Source of the DNA: Hydrolagus affinis
Taxonomy: Eukaryota
Direction of reading: 5' to 3'
DNA length: 64,000 nucleotides
NCBI GenBank assembly: GCA_012026655.1
Contig: JAAILG010001285.1
Coordinates: forward strand, 1 to 64,000
The position numbers and the translations under genes are program-made. The notes under the pieces were generated by a model, which was not told the DNA's origin, did not search any database, and saw nothing but the letters and a program-made list of their open reading frames with translations. Shown in pieces: positions 47,664-60,325 of this stretch; the stretch's first letter is position 1, and every line of letters starts with the position of its first letter.

Positions 47664-47975
47664 GGAGTCCTGTAGCTTAGTAGTTAGAACACTTGGTTTG
47701 CAAGCAAGAGACCTGATTTTGATTCTTGGCAGGGCGAAATGTTGGGCAGGTTTCCTTACTGCACATGCCTGATAATAATACCTCAAGGTAAAAAACAATA
47801 ATAAAATTGGTCATTTAAAGTCATGACTGTTTGTGGGACACTGCTGTGCACAATTTGCTGAAACTTTTCATCCATAATTATATGATCAATTTACTTTATA
47901 GAATATTCTGTGAAGCACTTTGAGACATCTAGAAGACATGAAAAACGCTATATCAAATGCAAGGATTACTATTAT
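47664..47975 (+). mobile_element. tRNA-derived SINE, short form
   Basis: Full-length family consensus, diverged. Confidence 0.9.
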
Positions 47976-49819
47976 CATAATGTAATAGTATTACCTACCA
48001 ACAGAATTAAGAAAAATTCCAACACAAAGATACCAAAAGCAAAGATCAATTGCATAACATGCTCTTCAACTAAGGAACAAGAAGGAATGATGGAGAAGGA
48101 GACCAATTCCAGTAACTACTTGATGCTGTCTGTTCGGTTACAATTGCTGATAGAACATCTTAACATTTCTTGAATCTTCTCTAGTAACATTTCAGCAATG
48201 CAATCTTCATACATGAAAGTTATGTTTATGAAACACTTCTATCTTCACAACATTGAATCATTATTTTATTTATTTGTTTATTGATAGTCAAAATGGACTG
48301 CAATTGTCTTTTCCAGTCTTGTACATTTCTAATACGGTATTCCTACAGACAGGTCTGAGTACAAAGTCTGCTTTATATGAAAGGACCTAATTCAGGATGA
48401 TGGCTCTCTCTGAGATGCCAGGCTGGCAGTCCACTGCTCCAGCGGGCACAGTAGCTTTCAAATGAAATGTTATCATCACAGCACTTGGAAAACACTTGAG
48501 GTACTTCTTAGAGAATGATAAGTGGAGCTGGTTTAAACGATATAGTCGGAATGCTGCAGAATGATATGGGAAAATGGAGATTGGCATCAACACTGATACT
48601 GACTATTTTGGAAATAGTGAATAGCATTGCTGTGATCCCAATTAGTATTTGTTTCATTATTGTTACACTCAGGATATTCCAGGATAAGGGGAGCATTCAA
48701 TTTATTATTGTTGGCATCTGTGACTGACTTTCTATTTTCTATTATACTGTATTCAGTTGTTAGCCTGATAGTATCTGGTTACCGATGTACCTGTCTATTT
48801 AGCCTGATCCTTTTCTCTCTGCCAGACAGTTCAAACTGGGGCAATATATTCTCACCATAAACACATGCCAACATACCAGTTTTTAATGGCCCTTCAAAAG
48901 TATTGAAGAGGCTTTAGAAAATTTCAAAACCCCTTGAAACATTAGATTCTCTTCAGAAGCGGATTTATTAGATTCTATCACTTTTGTATACAGTGTACTA
49001 AGAAACTGGATTATTGAAGTGAGAAACTTCTCTTTTATGAAGAGTATGTGGAACAATAAATGTTTTTTTAAAAAAGGCTAGTGGCAAGGGTATTCTAGGG
49101 AAACTCAAACAACCAATCCTCTACCAGTTATGGCACATCACGTCAAAGCCTGCTTATACCAAGCTACATCCTGTCCTCATTCATCTTATTGCTGTTTGTG
49201 TGTGGAAGGTTGCTGGCGCAAGTTAGTTGTCAGGTTTGTTGACATACCTGCAGGCATAGCACTTCAAAGCTTCATTGTGTGAAGCTCTGTTGAGACATTA
49301 TGACCTGATAAGGCGCCATATCAAATGCAATTTTATTTTCCACAATTTGTCTTTGTTAACACTTAATAAGAGGTAAGTTCAGAGAGGCAGGTACACTTCT
49401 TAACTTTTAAATTAAGAGATTATATTTGATTCAATATTTGCAGTAATAGGAGTGTTTCTAGACCGTTTGTGGAATGTCTAAGGGCAATGTTTAACTTGCC
49501 TCAACACAAGGTTTTTGCAGCTTATTAAATACGATAATGAAATCAAAGGTCTGGACTCTAAAACTCAACATCTAAACAATTCCATCTCAGCCAAACAGGT
49601 TTCCAATGAAACTCAGAAAAGAGTAAGTTAGATCCAGGTGGAATTTTCTCAGACAAGGACTAGCTTTCTGGTGTCTTGGCATAATTGGCAAGAAAGGTGC
49701 TGTATAAGTATAAATTGTATTTTAAGAAGTATAGGCTTTTTTGTCAATTTTCTTCTCCCTTGAAGACTATTTTGCACTCAGCTTTTTTTAGGTTGTTCTA
49801 CTGTCATAAAAATGTAAGA

Positions 49820-50015
49820 AATGTTAGACGTAAGAATAAAAGACTAAGTTCCATCTAGTTCACCTTCCATCTTTCTGGCAGTCATGTGCACATGTCCCAA
49901 ATTACCTATGTATTATATCCCATAAATATTATTTCCTAAAAGAGAACAACCTAATCTGTGTTTGAAGGAATCAACACTTCCTGCTTCAACAGTTTCCCCA
50001 GGGAGCCTGTTCCAA
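49820..50015 (-). mobile_element. CR1 3' fragment
   Basis: WNRLPGETVEAGSVDSFKHRL followed by 3' UTR. Confidence 0.8.
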
Positions 50016-53000
50016 GTTTCATTGGAACAGGCTCCAATGTGCCTGTTCCAATGAACAGGCACATTCATGTCATTTGCCAAGTTTCTCTCTGTTTGTCCAG
50101 ATACAGTGTACCCAATGGGGTTTAGGCTTGCAGGAGAAACAGATGCTGAGTGAGAAGAATCCCTGTCTCCAGTGATCCTACTTCTCCTGTCCATTAAAGA
50201 ACCAAATGGCTGGTCCATTCTAAACAGTGCCTTGGAGTATGGTGGACTTGCTTGGCACAGGAGCCTCCTACCCTTCAAAGAGGATAGTTATTGGTTTGTT
50301 AGTATGGCACAAGAGTGTCAGCTTGGGATTGTGATCTCAAAAGCTTGACCCCATAAGCTTCTGACCCAAAACGAGTGTGCTACCAACTAAGCCAAGCTGA
50401 CAAACTAAAACTTACTGACTTGTCTATTGCGGTTGATTTTGAAAAGGCACAGTTTAATAACATGATAAAGTGTTAGTGCCGAACACGGTGTATCTTAAAC
50501 ACAAGTACAACGTACAGTATTTATGAATAAAATGGATTGAGGTTGAAACATGGGCAGCCATTGTGCAGAAATAAAAGGCTGCTTATTTTGATTCTGAATA
50601 TAAATCAAAGGGAAAATAAATGTATTCATTCCAAAAGAACATCAACAAAGGTAGTTTGGTGAATACTGAACTGTATGAATTATTTTCGATTTCCTTAATA
50701 CAACAGATCAACAGAATTAATTTTCAAATTTCTGTAGAAAATGTTTAAAGTCACTATTTATTCATTTAGCCAAATAGCTAATGCACCTTCAAGGTGCCCT
50801 GTTAAACAACAAGCCAAATAGGTAAACATTTAGTACAAAGGATAAATGGCTGAGCAAGTCTCGTAAAATCCAGGACAACCAAGCTTTAATTTTGATTGCC
50901 ATGGCAACCACTCAAAGGTGAATTGTTGAGAAAATAAGTCTTTATCTTTGGCTTTATCTTCCTGATTCACATGAAGTTGGGCAGATGGCCTTTTTTTAAT
51001 GGAAAATAAAAATTCCACCAAACGTCTGAAAATGGTCCAAAGGTTTGAGCCGTTAACTCTGCAAACAGCTTGGAGACTGAAACTGCACCTTTAATTTGCA
51101 GCATTACAACACACTCTCGGTCATGTCTGTAACCTTCAAGTTAATGGATCACAGCGATAAGCCCTCAAACAGCGATCAATGTGTACACTTCATGCGCAAG
51201 TTAAAAGTTTCTCTCGTCTTCAGAGTGTTGTTAAAGTTGATTACTTCAATGCAATACCTTGAAGCCCCAGACAGTGATCGGAATCATCCTGAACTCATCA
51301 GAATCACGAAGAATCCTTAAGCATAAAATAAAACCTTCACATACATAAAAAGATAAAATGGACCAGACATCCGCAACATATAACAGAGTGCCTTGAGACA
51401 GCCAACATCAAACTGGCCATGTTCAAGAACCATCTAGGTTCTACTCAAACTAATACAAAAGCGCGAACTTCAAAGAAAACCTCAGTCAAACACTCTGCCA
51501 CAAAGAGCAGCCAACAACAGAAGCCAGATCAAATGGGCATCTTCTTGTCAATCAAAGGATTAGCTCAAGATTCTCAGGAATGCAATTTAGTGTGGCAAAC
51601 TAAGATTCAGCATTTTTAATTGAATCCATCCAAGGACAAAACATCCAGAAGTAATTAATGGGTCATTTGTACAGTTGCACACAAACTATGATAAATAGCT
51701 GTTATTGAGAAACCAGATAAGTAAAGAATTGGAGTTCTGAAAATGCGTTGTGTGTCAACAATGTGCAAGCAATGTGTCTGATCTGTCTTGTCTTTGGTTA
51801 ATATCTCTTATTTCCCTGTTCAGTCTCCACCAATATGTATCAAATCCTTTGAGATATCCCTTTGTATGAAACTCATCATATAACAACAACAACCTCGATT
51901 TATATCATATAAAGTCAATCTGTTGCTAATGATTACAACAATAACAACAACAGCAAGATTACATTTGTATGTCAGGAGGATGTCCCAAGGCGCTTTTAAT
52001 ACCTCTGAAGTGTTAAAAGCACAGATTGAATTTCAATATTTGAGGTTATGTTACAGGACTGTAGTCAGTGCACAATAATACACAGGCGGATCTAGCTTCC
52101 TCTATTCTTATCTTCAACAAACCCCACGTTTACACTAAAATACTTATTTTGTTCTTGTATGGAGTAAAATAAAAATAATTTCAACTATACAGTCATCATT
52201 TCATTTCACCATCCCATGCTTCCTATTCCAGTCCTTCACTGAGCAGTACAAAGCATGTCTTTAAGGCAGGCTACAGTATTACAGTTGCCAGAGTAAACTG
52301 TAGAGTGAAACTACAATATTAGTAGCTCCTATGCTATCTCTCAGTGGAGAGCAACAACAATTTGACTATATAGCTCCTTTCAAGTGTAATGTATCCTTTA
52401 CAGAAATAAATAAGAAGAGCATGTACTTGTCTCACTTGTCTTACAGAAACAAGTGACCATAAAACGGATTCCTGGCATCTGGCAATAATAGGTATTTATT
52501 TAAGCATCTGTTTGTCTTTTGGATCCAACAACAACAAATTAAATTAAGATAGTGCCTTTCACGTCAGGAGGACGATCAATTTGTTTCAACTAATACAAAG
52601 CTAATCAAGATCTCGGTTCTCTGACGGACCATTAAAACAGGAATAGAAAAGGATGGGAATAGTTTACATGGTCTCAGATCTGTCACGCAGAGCAACAAGG
52701 TTTGGGAATGGGCACATTCTTTTGAAATAGTACTGTGTGATTAATGTTCACCTGAACTGGCAGACGGGACCTTGGGTTTAAACAGGAAAATTTGAAAGAG
52801 TTCCAGAAATGGAGGGTGGAGTGGAGGGCATAGGGGTTGAAACCTAGCATTAGCAGAAAGAGGTTAGCTCCAATGGACTCCTACTGCTATGAAGTTCAAT
52901 AGGGACATACACTGGAGCACATTCAGGCTGATACGATGCTGAGTACAAAAGGATGTCATACTTTAGTCGAGTTATGAAACAAATGTGTTTAATACAAGGA

Positions 53001-54726
53001 ATGCTCAGTGAGTCATGCTAACAGAAAATAACCCTTTCTTTAAAAGCAAAGATTTCACCAATGAACTGGCATTCATACTGAAACAAAACACTGCATATCT
53101 TGGACTGAGTAGCAGTTGTGTAAGCCCAATTGTCCTGCAAAGCTTTGTAATGACAAAGTTTAAATTAATTCATGACGCAAATGGAAGCCTGAAAGTCTCC
53201 AAAGATTTTTTTTAAAAAAGGCCTTTGTGGATTTTGAGAGTTGCAGAATGAGGAGTCAGCAGAAGGGACGGGGGAGGAGAGAGGGAACAGTGGAAAAAAG
53301 CTCTCGCATTTAACAGTGCTCCTAGCATACATAGTAGGAGTTCATAAATTGAAGGCTGCATTTTACAAGTTTATTTTAAGTTTGTTTTTACGATAAGCAC
53401 TTTAGCTTCTTCTGTGCTCAGCCAGAACTGATTTGGACTGAGCTGCCCATGGCGATGTAATTAAAGGCTTGCCCGTTGTTTGAAAGTCCAATGTGGCTAT
53501 ACCAACAGGCAGGTTTAGCTGGCGGCCCTCACAGAAACACTTCATCAGCATGTTCAGGCATCAGCACAATTGAATTACATTTGTTTCAATATAATAATCC
53601 CATTCATAATGACAAGCATAACATGAAAAAAACAATTTTCTCTAAAAAAAAGCGCGAAAGATTTCTTTCCACAGTTCAATGCACTTAATGTTTGTTTTAG
53701 GAGATCTCTCCTGTCGCTCCACTCGAGGCGTCAGATTTTTAAAAAAAAAACATTACTCACTATTGTGGCTTTTACATTGCAGTTCTGGGGTGCCACAGTG
53801 GATCCCAGCCAGGGGTTTAGCAGAGGGTCTGGATTTCATGCCGCATATGTACAAACTGCCATTACAATTCTTTCAGATGATCTCACTATCCATGTGGGAT
53901 CTTAACATTAACCTGAACAGGCAGATGGGGCCCTGGTCTAGTGTCTCATCTAAAGGATGGCTCTTCCTGATAATGCAGCATGTCCCCAGTAATTCAATGG
54001 AGTGTTAGACAAACTACAGACAACAACAACAAAATTACAAAGTGGCTTCTCGACACGAAGCATAAAATCGGTATAAAATATCGAGCTGAGAAGCTACCAG
54101 ATATATGCTGCAAAACTTTGAGTTAATGATTTTGATACATTCATACTCGTAAAAATGTATAAAAATAAGAGGTTTTGTTTTATGGGAGGGAGGGCAAAGA
54201 GAGAGAAAAGAAATTCTTTCAATTCAAGTAAAAGCATGTGGTGTCATTCCACCCCACCTTCCCAAAATGTTCTGCACAGAATGGAATGGAAACAATGATT
54301 GGTGCAAGGATAGAGAGGGTTTCATCCGCTCCCTCAACTTGTGTTTCAGCATCATCTGCTGTGAGGTGTGTCACAGCCAAGTCTCATCTTGTTCTCATCC
54401 AGATCTGAAGTTTGCAAGACCATGGTCTAATAATGTTTAAGATTTGTACATTTGACGAAATGAGGGCATTTTGGAAAATTCCTTCAATTAAATCTTAATT
54501 GGGATGCTGGCTTTCTTTTTAACAGCTGTGTAAATTGAGACTAAAATTATGGAGATACCTGGGAGTGTCATTCAGTGGTGAGACCTCAACGTTTAGGTGC
54601 TTCACACTTCTATAAGTATCTCCCTGGGGTATTGCGGTGGTCAGGTATATTTGCTGCCAAGCTGATTCCAAAATAACGTGCTTTGCAAGTTAATTGTCGA
54701 AACTGACCTCTGCTGTGGTCTTGGTA

Positions 54727-54941
54727 CAGTCAAAGTCCATTTATCCAGCACCCTTGGGACCTGGCCAATGCCGGTTAAAGCGCCTGCTGGATATTCGGCC
54801 GAAAATGCAAAAAAAAAACCTTTTTTTTCAATGCATTTTTCTGGATAAATTCCGATTAATTGAATGTGGACCTTTTTGTTTGCGATGCCGGTTATATGGA
54901 AGTTACAGTTGATTGGGTGCCGGATAAATGGACTTTTACTG
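54727..54941. mobile_element. Complete Tigger/pogo-type MITE
   Basis: 27-bp TIRs CAGT(C/A)AAAGTCCATTTATCC(A/G)GCACCC with 2 mismatches, and TA on both sides. Confidence 0.92.
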
Positions 54942-55543
54942 TATCTGGTTCCTGAGCCAAGCAGGTCCGCAGTACTCCAGGGAATGGCTGATGACATGCC
55001 AGCCAGCGTGGCTCATTGGCAGGACGTGAATGAGCAGACAAGTTACAAGGGGCAGACCTCAACATTTTTAACTCAGCTCCTGTTAACATGTAAGCCAAAA
55101 CTGTAACACGTAGGCTGGTGAACAAGCAGTGGGAAGCTGGCCAGATTGGATGTCTCTGGAGGCAGTAACCTGTTAGCTATGGTGGTGATGGCTCTTCTTT
55201 AGTCTGGAGATGGTGTTCAGCAGCACTCATCTTCCTCACATAGCCAGGAAATGCATGGTTGTTTCTGTGTTGCCCTGATTCTGTCAAGTTTACAGTGTAA
55301 ACAGAATGAAATTGAAGGGACCAGCAGACAGGATATTACAGGGTCCTCATAATATAAACACATTATTGAAACAAAGGAATGTATAGGGGATTGGAAAAGG
55401 CCACCACTGTCCATCTCGCCAGTACTAAAGTAAAACAAACTTTCATCAGTCTCTCACTCACACAGCTCAAGTCATTTCATTGTCAGTTAACACTTCAATT
55501 TCCTTTTGAATCTGCTGACATGTGAACATAGGAGATTCCTCAT

Positions 55544-55852
55544 GGTGTCCTGTAGCTCAGTGGTTAGAGCACTCACCTTGCAAGTGAGAGACCAAGGTTC
55601 GATTCCAGGAAGGTCAGGGCAAAACCTTGAGGGAAGTTTCCTTACTCAACATGTCTGATAATAATCCCTCAAGTAAAAAACCAATAATAATTTGGGCACT
55701 CAAGACTGTTTGTGGAACACTGCTCTGTAATTGGCTGCCGCTTTTCACCCACAAAAATCAGTCAACTCACTTTACAGTACATTCTGTGAAGTGCTTTGAG
55801 ACATCTAGAAGTCTTGAAATGCACTGTATCAAATGCAAGAATTATTATTATT
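55544..55852 (+). mobile_element. tRNA-derived SINE, short form
   Basis: A box TAGCTCAGTGG, B box GGTTCGATTCC, body and tail. Confidence 0.92.
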
Positions 55853-55865
55853 CCTTCCCACATCT

Positions 55866-56080
55866 CAACAACAACAACAAAATTACATTTGTAGAGCATC
55901 TTTCATGTCGGGAGGATTTCCCATGGTGCTGGACAGTCAAGGGTCAGGACCCAATTATTGGGGTGGTGGGGAGGAGGGGAAGGGGGCATGGTTGGGATGA
56001 GGGAGGGCAGAAAAGAAGGAGGGTGGCTGAAGGCACGGTCGAAGAGGAGGGTCTTGAGACCAGTATTGAAGAAGGCAAGG
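55866..56080 (-). mobile_element. L2 3' fragment
   Basis: Tail and 3' UTR like 29483-29690. Confidence 0.85.
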
Positions 56081-56142
56081 TCTTACACTCCAGCCCTCTG
56101 ATTTCCTGTCCATTAATTTGCAGACTTTAAAAATCCAGGATT

Positions 56143-56550
56143 AGTCTTCCATTGGTAGCTCAGTGAGTTTATTCAAATGCAAGAATTATTATTTATTCAG
56201 TGAGTGGCTGAGACTCAAGCTCAGACCCAACCATTCTAGGTTGGTGCCAAGTTAGCTCAATTTGGCTTTAGTGTATAGTGGACACATTATGAATGATCTC
56301 AGCACCCCAGGATATGAGGAGGTTGAAAATCAATTAGGGTTGCTCCCAGATCCAACTGCCAACCAATGACCCATATGGGAAGGTCGTGAAACTGAACATT
56401 TGGTGAGGAGTGAATTGCATTCATCTGTGATACTCTTCTCTCAACTCCATCAGGAAAACTGCTAGCATGTCAATATTGACTGTTTGAGTGAGGTATCAGT
56501 TGATAACTGATGCCTTGGAATCCTACCTAGCAAGAGGTCAACACTTAGAA
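56143..56550 (+). mobile_element. AmnSINE2-like ancient SINE, highly decayed
   Basis: Colinear motifs shared with 6830-7085 and 63390-63770. Confidence 0.45.
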
Positions 56551-57039
56551 TAAAATTGTCAGAGAAAAGAAAATTGTTGAAACTCCCCAAACTCAACTAC
56601 CTAACCACTACTTGCTTATTTATCTCATTCTTTAGATGGGGTAGGGGAGGGGGCGATGGTCACACACTATGGCACTGAGCCCTTCACCTCACTTCCTTAG
56701 TTTAACAAAAAAGACAGGCTTAGTGTGCTCCCAGTGTTCCATCAAGGCCATTCATAGCTTTAACTGCATCAGGAACACAGTATTGTACATCTATAACATT
56801 CATATTTACAGCTGACTACCTGAGGACAAGAAACTAGTTTTGTGTGGTTATCTTGATCTTAGAACTTAATTTTCAACTGAACTAGTACAGCAGGGTAACA
56901 ACATAACAACTGTATGTATCTCTACACACAATGAGGTGAGGGCTGGAGTAACATGCAGGGCAACTGTACATGGTCAAATGTGGGTGGGGGGGGGGGATTC
57001 GGGGGGAGAAGAGGAAGAAAATGGAGAAGAGGAAGTGAG

Positions 57040-57343
57040 ATAATAATCCTTGCATATGATATAGCACCTCATCGTGTCATTCTGATGTCTCAAAGTGCTT
57101 CACTGAATATACCGTAAGTGAATTGACTGTATATTTTGTGGACAACTCATGGTAGCGTGCTGCAGCGTCCCTCAAATAGGATTGTAGACCCGAAATGTTG
57201 ACTCTTTTTCTTTTCTCCATGGATGCTGCTTGACCTGCTGAGTTTCCCCAGCAACTTTTGTTTTTGTTTCAGATTCCCAGCATCTGTAGTATTTTGTGTT
57301 TTGTTCCCTCAAATAGTCATGGATTGAGTGACCAATTTATTAT
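57040..57343 (-). mobile_element. 5'-truncated SINE copy hosting a Penelope-type insertion
   Basis: Family motifs on both sides of 57180-57304. Confidence 0.85.
57180..57304 (+). mobile_element. Penelope-type remnant with a 12-bp target-site duplication, inserted in a SINE
   Basis: Same family as 322-420. Flanked by TCCCTCAAATAG at 57168-57179 and 57305-57316. Confidence 0.7.
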
Positions 57344-58151
57344 GAATTGAGCCACTTTCTTCTGAATCAAAAGGAAACAATCAGATGGTCAGTAAAACTA
57401 GATCACCTAATTCCCAGCAAACTTCACAAAACAGCATTGAGAGAGATCTTGGAGCAAAATAGTCCATTAAAGCCAACATTTGGGGGATGGGGTATTATGG
57501 AAAAGTTACACCACTATTTGCAGTGCAAATGGTATAATGGCTTGTTCCAAGGTGTGAAACACTGACATGCTCAAAAGACATGGACTGTGAAGAGCTTAGT
57601 CACCTCACAAACACTTCCCTGGCGACAAAACTTTTAACTTTTCAAGGATTTTCTAAGATACAAAGCAAATGGCAATATATTCACCCCCATGTAATCTTTG
57701 AATTTTGTTAGAATTTTGTTCTAAAACCTGCTTAGTGCAGAGTACATTTTCCTGAAAGTGATTGTCTGTGAGGAGTAAAGAATTAAATCTCTTCCTTCTG
57801 GAATTCTGCTGCTGCATTCAGAGTTCAAGGTCAATCTCCGATACTGCTGTGATAATATTGCTGGGGGGCATTTCCCAAATCTTTCTGGGTTGGCACACAA
57901 GGCTATCGAGAAACACAACAACAATTACATTTGTACAGCACCTTTCACATCGGTAGTATGTCCCAAGGTGCTCCATACTCAGAAACCTCAAGAAGGCAAC
58001 CTGCATCACTGTTACATCCTTTGGTTGGGTCAACTTAAACATGTTTCTATTTCCTGACTCCTGTTAACCAAATGGTAGATTCTGTTTCCCAAACAGATGT
58101 AGGGGTTTAAACTGACCCACGTTCCATGATAAGGAAGGACAGTGCTTGATT

Positions 58152-58335
58152 TATAATAATAATCCTTGCATTTGGTATAACACCGTAGCACTATATCAAG
58201 ACTAGACGTCTTCAAGACATCTCAAAGCGCTTCACAGAAAGTACTATAAAGTGTAGTAACTGTGTATTTTGTGGGTTGAACACGGCAGCCGATTGCACAC
58301 AGCAATCCCACAAACAGTAGTAGATTGAGTGACAG
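58152..58335 (-). mobile_element. 5'-truncated SINE copy
   Basis: Family tail motifs. Confidence 0.82.
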
Positions 58336-59268
58336 TGAGATATGCCATATTGATAAGTTTTGTTATTTTGATTACCAAGGATTATGCTCCTTGCCACACA
58401 CACACCCCACTCCCCTCCCGTACCTAATTATACTGATGGACAATCTTTGATCATCACACCAGTAGACAGCACACAAGTCTATTGATTGGTAGTTAACCTC
58501 TGAATAGCCCAGATGCAGCTGGTAATCCTGCTGTTTTAGCAGCCACAGATTAGATTTCATTCATTTACATGATCCGTGTTATGCAGATAAACAGGGAGAG
58601 AGACCGAGAGATGCAAAGCCAAAACACCTGTGCCATTCAAACACAGATTGTAAACTCATTGCAAAACATCTTTTTGTGTGAAGAGAAACTATCTCTAGGT
58701 TACTAGACTTCTTACCGTAAAATTAGAATGTAAAGTGGGCAGAAAGATCTGCCTGGAACAATAACCTGACAGCCAGTGTCTGAAAAAAAATCTTATCTGA
58801 TTGCCGAGAATGTTGTTGAATATCCAGCCAAATACCACAACATAGACAGACACAGAATCCATGCTTACATACTTTGCCAAGAAACTAAATGGTTCAACAC
58901 AGCAGCTCAAAGCTATTCAAACTGTTGACACGCCAGCAGAACCAAATGTCAGGAAACAAATCACAACTGAAAACTCCTTTTATATAAAATAAAACTCAAA
59001 CTCACTGTTTTATGTACCAAGAAATTCTCCTTTGTGACACATCCTGCCTCTTGCACCTGTCTGTTGTAATAATACTCTCTCTTCAGTACCCTGATACATT
59101 GGAAACATGCAGTCATCTTGAACTACTTAATTCAGTGCAGACTGATCAGGCGCGCACAAACTGGATGTTTGGGTTTGCAGCTATGAGAGCATTTATTCCA
59201 GCCTTAGTAAAGCTGATATAAACTGACCGTTCACTCTTACACAGATCAAACCTTGCTTCAATTATAAA

Positions 59269-59368
59269 NNNNNNNNNNNNNNNNNNNNNNNNNNNNNNNN
59301 NNNNNNNNNNNNNNNNNNNNNNNNNNNNNNNNNNNNNNNNNNNNNNNNNNNNNNNNNNNNNNNNNNNN
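59269..59368. other. Assembly gap (100 N)
   Basis: N run followed by poly-G; the true size is unknown. Confidence 0.99.
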
Positions 59369-59937
59369 GGGGGGGGGAGAAACCTGAAAGTTAAGTCTGC
59401 CAAGTACTGTAAAATCCACAAGGTGCAACCACTAGGTTTGATCCTATTAGACAGTCAGCTAGCATCTGCAGAACGCTTACTGAAGATGGGATGATCTAAT
59501 AGGCTGTTTTTATCTTCCTTTGTGCATTTTCAATCATTGCCGAGTTTAATGAGGCACTCAGCCTTCCATAAACCCATGGGCCTACTCTGTTCCATGCACT
59601 CCACACACAGATTTTATAGGCATGGGCTAAGTGCTATTCTGCTCTGTTTGTATGTTCAGCAAATTTGTCCCCATGCTCATAAACAACTAATGCGATTTGC
59701 TGCGTATAATTTAATTTTATATCACCTTTGTGACGCCATAAATAATTTTAAATTGAACATTTATGAGTACACAGGGATGAAATTGGCTGAACGCAATGAA
59801 TGGACAGAAGAACATCTCGTCCACATCAATGCATTCACCATATAGAGTTCACCAGATATACTGCAGAATGCACATGCACTGTATTAAGAAACAAGAGGTA
59901 GAAAAATCCATCACTAAACACTGTATATTTTGATGTC

Positions 59938-60215
59938 AACAATAACAACCACAGCAAAATTACACTAGTATAACACCTTTCACATCAGGAAGATACCCCA
60001 AAGCTCTGGACAGACAATGTTTCAGACCCGAGCTGGGGTCAGGATTGGGGAGGGTCCTGATGTGTGAAGGCACTGGCAAGTCAATCAGGGAGGCCTCATT
60101 CTTATTCATGTTCAATTGTAGAAAGTTGGCTCTCATCCAGGACTTGATGCTTGTCAGGACAGCAGTGGTCCTGGAATCGATGGAAGAGGCAGAAAGATAG
60201 AGTTGGGTGTCAGAC
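59938..60215 (-). mobile_element. L2 RT fragment fused to an L2 3' end
   Basis: DTQLYLS...SIKSWMRANFLQLNMNKNE followed within about 30 bp by the 3' UTR and tail. Confidence 0.78.
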
Positions 60216-60325
60216 TACATTGCCTTCAGTGACTTAATTATAATCAAGTTATATTAAAGTTCAGGGCAAAGTTTGTTTTTGTTAAACATAACATTGTCCT
60301 ACAGATAACCATGGCAATTTTATTT

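Noticed and set aside
51258-51315. 58-nt exon-like segment on the minus strand containing CTGATGAG
   Set aside because: The only open frame ends in phase 0, incompatible with exon 3, and there is no hammerhead GAAA.
2694-58403. Recurring short ORFs with YIKCKDYYY, IQSIHFTVYSV or TVCGTLLCAIGC
   Set aside because: Translations of the SINE tail, not a gene family.
59369-59378. Poly-G runs (also 6551, 56985, 62265) as G-quadruplex elements
   Set aside because: Simple homopolymers, one at a gap edge, with no support for function.
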